From the human T2T-CHM13v2.0 reference genome, Homo sapiens, in assembly GCF_009914755.1 (NCBI RefSeq), contig NC_060946.1: a stretch of DNA of 64,000 nucleotides. One strand, 5' to 3'. The position numbers and the translations under genes are program-made. Under the pieces are notes generated by a model, which saw only the letters and a list, made by a program, of their open reading frames with translations, ran no database searches and was not told where the DNA came from. Positions 52,940 to 64,000 of the stretch are shown piece after piece. The first letter of the stretch is position 1. Each line of letters starts with the position of its first letter.

Positions 52940-53740
52940 ATTGTTTAGATTGTGGTAAAATACATATAACACAACATTGGCCATTTGAACCAATTGGGTG
53001 GCACTAAGCACATCCACAGATTGTGCCACCATCTCCACCATCCGTCTCCAGGACTTTTCAACCGTCTCCACCATCTGGCTCCAGGACTCTTCAGCTTCCC
53101 ACCACAAACTATCCCCATGAAGCACTCATTCCCCATCCCCATTCTCCTCCCCTTGCCCCTGGCGCCTACCATTCTATTTCTGTCTCCGTGGATTTGACTC
53201 CTCTAGGGTACCTCATGTAAGTGGAACCATGCAGTATTTGTATTTGTCTTTCTGTGACTGGTTTATTTCACTGAGCATAATGACCTCAGAGTTCATCCCT
53301 GTTGTAACATGTGTCACAATTCCTTCTTTCTTTTTTTTTTTTTTTTTTTTTTTTTTTGGCAAGGTCTCACTCTGTCACTCAAGCTGGAGTGCAATGGTAG
53401 GATCATGGCTCACTGCAGCTTCAAACTCCTGGGCTCAAGAGCTCCTCCTGCCTCAGTCTTCCCAGTAGCTGGGACTATAGGCATGCACCACCATGCGTGG
53501 CTAGCATTTTATTTTTGTTGAGAGAGGGTCTCGCTAGGTTGCAATTCTCCCATCTTAGCCTCCAAAGTGCTGGGATAACAGGTGTGAGCCACTGCACCCG
53601 ACCCAGAATTTCCTCCTTTTGACGGCTGAGTGATGTTCCATTGTCCGCACACACACATTTTGTTTATCCTTTCATCCATTGATGGACACTTGTGTTGCCT
53701 CCACCTACTCGTAGCACCCTGGCTGTTATGAGTAGTGAGT
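52940..53740 (-). mobile_element. L1MB 3' end with AluJ (53325-53604)
   Basis: ttgtggtaaaatacatataac...ggtacctcatgtaagtggaa...ccattgatggacactt. Confidence 0.88.
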
Positions 53741-54305
53741 GCACTATCTCTTGTGTGCAGTTGTCTCATGGAGACCTTGCTTTCCTGCCTGTGGCGTTAG
53801 TGCAGGTGGCAGGCAGGTCGGTGGGCAAGCAGGTGTGCCCTGTGGATGACGAGAAGCTTTTTCTGCTTAAAGCCCTGCATGGATCAAAAGTTGGAAAATA
53901 TATTTGATTTTTACAATTTGTTCAAAATTAATCAAGCAAACACTGATTTTCATGTATTTTCTGAGATCTCTGCTATAAAACAGAAAACCACCACCCTCTT
54001 TCCAGGGAAGCATCTTCTTCCTGGCTCCCTCCTTCCCTTCGGGCCATGGCGGCATCCTCGGATCCTCCCTAGCCCATTCATATCACACGGCTTTTCCTCC
54101 TCTGCATCTCGATACCACTGGCTCCTTTGGGAGGTTCCTCTGAGCCACCCATGCGCGGGGTGGGTTGTCATGAAAAGTCACCAGTTCCACCTCCAGCCAG
54201 AAGTCCCACAAAAGCGAAGGGCACTGAAGACAAAACCACCCTTCCCTTCTCTAAAGGAGGAGGGGCGGTGCTTCAGAGGGTGTCCCCCAAACCCGTTCTT
54301 TAGAG

Positions 54306-54635
54306 CAGGGTCCCCAACCCCTGGGCTGCGGAGTGGTACAGGTCTGTGGCCTGTTAGGAACGGGCCTCAGAGCAGGAGGTGTGCGGTGGGCGAGTTTACC
54401 GCCGAGCTCCGCCCCCTGTCGGATCAGCTGGGCATTCCATGCTCATGGGAGGCAAACTCTATCGTGAACTGCGCATGTGAGGGATCCAGGTGGTGCGCTC
54501 CTTCCGGGAATCTAATGTCTGATGATCAGAGGTGGAACAATTTCACCCCGAAACTATCCCCCACCCAACCCCATCGGTGGAAAAATTGTCTTCCACGAAA
54601 CCGGTCCCTGGTGCCAAGAAGGTTGGGGACTGCTA
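54306..54635 (+). mobile_element. MER1B (hAT-Charlie MITE)
   Basis: TIRs cagggtccccaacc/ggttggggactgcta; perfect 8-bp TSD ctttagag on both sides. Confidence 0.92.
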
Positions 54636-54721
54636 CTTTAGAGCATGTCCTCGGAGTGGAGGTACCTGCTCTCCACGCAGTACAGCATCTGGCTGTGTGG
54701 TGGCTGCAGTCCAGTGGGTCT

Positions 54722-54833
54722 GAGAGGGGTGGAGGGGGAAGGTGGAGAAGGAGAGGAGGGAGGAGGGGAGGGAGGGAAAGGTGAGAGGGGAAGACGAAGG
54801 GAAGGAGAAGAGGTGGGGGAGGGGGCAGGGGGG
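54722..54833 (+). repeat. Polypurine GA-rich low-complexity tract
   Basis: About 110 nt, nearly all G/A. Confidence 0.9.
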
Positions 54834-55519
54834 CAGCATTGGCCAGGTAAGGGCGTGTCCACTGTGAGGCACCGTGGGATTCCTGGGCGAGGACTGTGAG
54901 ACACTGGTGAGCGTGTGTGCAGGGCTCTTTCGGGCTTCCTCTGTTTTTAATGACATCAGAGTGCGTGCCATGCATGGGGCTGTCCTGGTGTTGGCACTGA
55001 CCGCTTGGAGCCCAGCTGCTGCCCCCTTTCTCAGGCCACAGATGCGCCCAAGAGCAGGGTTTGTCCAGGCCCGCCTGGGCCCGCTCCACGCCATCCTGCA
55101 GTGCCCACGCAGCAGCGGTGCCAGGTCTTCCTTCAGCACCCATGCGTGGTTACCTGTGGCCAATGTGGCAGGCGTGTAGGGTGTGACTGCAGAACTGCAT
55201 GGACCAAGCACCGTCTGCCTCCTAAGGGAGCAATGGGACCGAGGAAGTGGGCCCCATGTTGGCCTTGACCAGCTGTGCCCACCTCCTTTTGGGAACAGAT
55301 GTGCCAAGAACAACCAGGCTAAGGAAACGTGGCTCGCACACCGGGAGCCCTGGGGAAAGACTACAACGATCCTTTTAATAATACTTTTTACTGACTGTAG
55401 TCATAGTGTAATAATTTCAGAAAATTCAGAAACCATAGAAAAGTATACAGAAGAAAATTAAAATTACCTGGTGCCCCCACCAAGCCACAGTGATCATTGT
55501 TCAAGCATTAACAAATTTT

Positions 55520-56480
<961 letters not shown>

Positions 56481-58502
56481 CATATGCCTTCCAGCATGTT
56501 ATCATGGCCTTTGCACGTCTATGGGTTTCCATGGCCAGACCTCTGGCTTCTTATCTTCACGGCATCACCTTTGCTCCTATGCTTAGACGATGCTTGCACA
56601 TTTGAGGGAAAGGGAGCATTTTCCTGTTTTTCCCCTGTATTTGGTTTATTACATTTGGCTCTTAAATCCGGTGGTTCCCAGTTAGGGGTATGCATCAGAT
56701 TTCCCAGGAGGGCTTTTCTAACCATAAGTGCCTGCCTCAGTCCATCCAGATCTTCCCATCAGCCCCCAGGGTGGGGCGGGTGATGGCGGGTGGGGGTACA
56801 GCCTTGTTTTGGAAAAAGTGCCATAGATGGTGCAGATGCAAGCCTCTGATTATGGGCTTCTTCCTTCTGCCACATGTGTGATGTAAGATAAGGATGCTAT
56901 TTTTATTGGCTTATATTTTAAGAATAGCTGATTGCACAAGTATATTTATTGTGCAAACGTGCCTTCTTTCCCCACTCAGTGACATTATATCTAAACCAAA
57001 TTCTCAATTATAACACGGGAACGTTTCCCTTTAGCCTGCGAAGATCCAGTGTCTCGGTTATGGTGTTTCTGGTTCCCCGGCCACTTGGAAGACACCTGGA
57101 GCTCTGTGATCTTGGTGGGGACCTCAATGTCAGCCGGGACCTCAATGTCAGCAGACCCTGTGTCCCCAGTGTGGCTGGGCTTTGCTAGACCTGTGGAGCA
57201 ATAGCTAGTCAGGCTTGTGGCCCCAATCCAGCCAGCATCACACACTGTCCAGCCTCCCTCTGACATCAGCATAGGTCTAATGTCAGCATAGGCCCTCTGC
57301 CGCAGGGCTGTGCCCAAGGACACTCTCCTGCTCTGGGTCCTAAGGGAGGGAGGATCTCAGGAGAGGCCTCTCCTCATCCCTGGCAGATCTCTCAAAATGG
57401 CCTGCAGCCGGGATTCCAGACACCTGAGCTGGTGTGAGCCCACTCCCCACCGCTGGCTCTCAGGCTGGAGTGGGGCCAGGATGTCACTGAGCTCCTCAGA
57501 GTTTGCAGACCATTTGCCCCTCAGCTGGACCCCTGGCCCACCAGGGACTTGAGCAAAGCTGTTCCATCAACGCAGGGGAGGTGAGACCACATCTAATCAG
57601 GGGTCTGATGTACACACAGCACCATCACCATCTCAGAAAGGTTCATCACCCAAGCACAAAGAAGCTGGACTTGGACATCTGACAGCAAAGCATGACCCAT
57701 TTTATGTGAGGCAACGAGTCTGAAAGCAGGTAACCGGGACACCCAAAAGCTGAAAGCACAGAGGGGTTGGCGAGGAGTGCCTGGACCTCTCCCTCCCCAG
57801 GGGTGTCTTCCTGTCAGAGTTATGCATGCTCTTGCCAGAGAGGGCAAGCTTGACAGCCAACTGCCGCTTGATCAGCCTGCCCCTCCTGCCTCACCTCCTG
57901 TGCCTCAGCACGTGGCCATGTCCCCATGCCCCCCCAAATCTCGCACCCTCTCCACCGCACAGAGCTCTGTCTTAGGTCCCCAAGGGCCACATGGGCAGCC
58001 TGAGTCCTTCCCTTACTTCGCAGGTTTTTCCACAGCACTGGTGTTGATTGCTCCCTCCCTTAGGGAGCTCTCTCCTGACTCTAAGCTCTCCTCTCGAGCT
58101 CCTGCCTCTCGCTCCCTGGCTGGGCACCTCCCTTTCCTCTCTGAGATGATGCCCTCCAGGGCTCTTTCTCTGCAGCTTTCCTCACTCAAAGTGTTTTCAT
58201 TCTTTCCCAGGGCCTTGCCTCTCTTTTTATATGGGGGCCCCAGAACTTGTTTGGAGCCACAGACCTGTTGTCCCCGCTGCTCTAGGGGCCTCTGCAATTG
58301 GGCACACATAGATCTTTCCCAGTTTACTCCCACCCCAGTGAGCGGTCCCACAGCCTCCTGCTGCCTTCACAGGCATCTGGGGGCACACACATTCATGTGG
58401 TCTGACGGCATCTCACCTTGCACTTCTTCCTGCTCGCCTGTTGGAGGTGCCACAGAGGCCCCTCCATGCCACGACCTGTGGCTGAGTAGGTTTCCACACT
58501 TA

Positions 58503-58745
58503 CTTTTTTTTTTTTTTACAGTTTTATTCAGGTATTATTTACTTAACTCCAAATACACCCATTGTATTGAGTTTCAGTAAATTTATAGAGTCGTGCCACT
58601 ATCCCCTCAGTCCAGTTTTAGAACATTTCTATCACCCAAAAAACATTTTCTTGTGCCTGTTTGCAATCCCCACTCTCTGCCCCACCCCTGGCTCAAAGCA
58701 GACCCCGATCTGCTTTCTACCTGTAGATCTGCCCCTTCAGGATCT
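58503..58745 (-). mobile_element. L1MB/MC 3' end
   Basis: Poly(T) then acagttttattcaggta...agttttagaacatttctatcacccaaaa. Confidence 0.8.
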
Positions 58746-58789
58746 TGAACATTTACTTTTCGCCAGTTCACTGCAAGAGGTTGAGTCTC

Positions 58790-63626
<4,837 letters not shown>

Positions 63627-64000
63627 TGTGGCAGGTGGCATAATGTTCCCCTAAGATGTCTATGTCCTAATCCCTGGAACCTATGAAGATGTTACCTTAA
63701 ATGGCAGATGGGATTTTGAAGATATGATTAAGTTAAGGATCTTGATATGGGAGTCTTAACTTGGATTATCTGGATGAGCTCAAGATAACCACAAGGATTC
63801 TTACAGACGAAAGAGGGAAGCAAGAGGGTTAGAGTCAAAGATTTGAAGATGCTATGCTGCTGGCTTTCAAGATAGAGAAAAGGGTCACAAGCCAAGGAAT
63901 ATAGGTGACTTTTAGAAGCCAGAAAAGGCAAAGGGACAGAGTCTATCCTGGAGCCTCCAAAAGGAATGCAGCCTTGCTAACACCTTGAATTTAGCTCCTT
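63627..64000 (+). mobile_element. MaLR LTR (MLT1D-like), truncated by window end
   Basis: tgtggcagg...gatgtctatgtcctaatccctggaacct.tgaa.atgttacctta.atggca...gccaaggaat...gagcctcca.aaggaatgcagcc. Confidence 0.85.

Noticed and set aside
53846-54784. 312-aa ORF, the longest in the window
   Set aside because: It runs through a MER1B MITE and a GA-rich tract, with no recognisable domain.
57777-58580. 267-aa ORF
   Set aside because: GTG start, P/S/L-rich composition from C/T-skewed DNA, no homology recognised.

Overview
Primate (almost certainly human) non-genic or intronic DNA, moderately GC-rich and dominated by repeats. It holds about 40 Alus, ancient L1/L2/MIR fragments, a full-length but nested Tigger1, hAT-Charlie MITEs (MER1A/MER1B/MER58), several solo ERV LTRs and several tandem repeats. 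I see no intact protein-coding gene; nearly all ORF-track entries are Alu, L1 or low-complexity artefacts. The main gene-derived feature is an old minus-strand processed pseudogene of C3orf38 (about 43.3-46.5 kb), recognised from recalled protein sequence. It sits inside an MLT1B LTR and is itself interrupted by an ERV1 LTR and Alus. It appears to record an exon-1-extended isoform and a longer C-terminus than I recall for human C3orf38. Other notable observations: two local templated insertions (56 bp copied across 4.7 kb into an Alu; about 158 bp of a neighbouring Alu copied into an LTR); three independent retro-insertions at the same homologous palindromic site of MLT1B; a motif-dense candidate enhancer near 34 kb (SOX-OCT, PBX-HOX, CRE, HRE); and a MER41A-type LTR with a perfect STAT GAS site at its terminus. 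I found no convincing evidence of a wholly new biological system. Repeat subfamily names come from recalled consensus sequences and boundaries are approximate.
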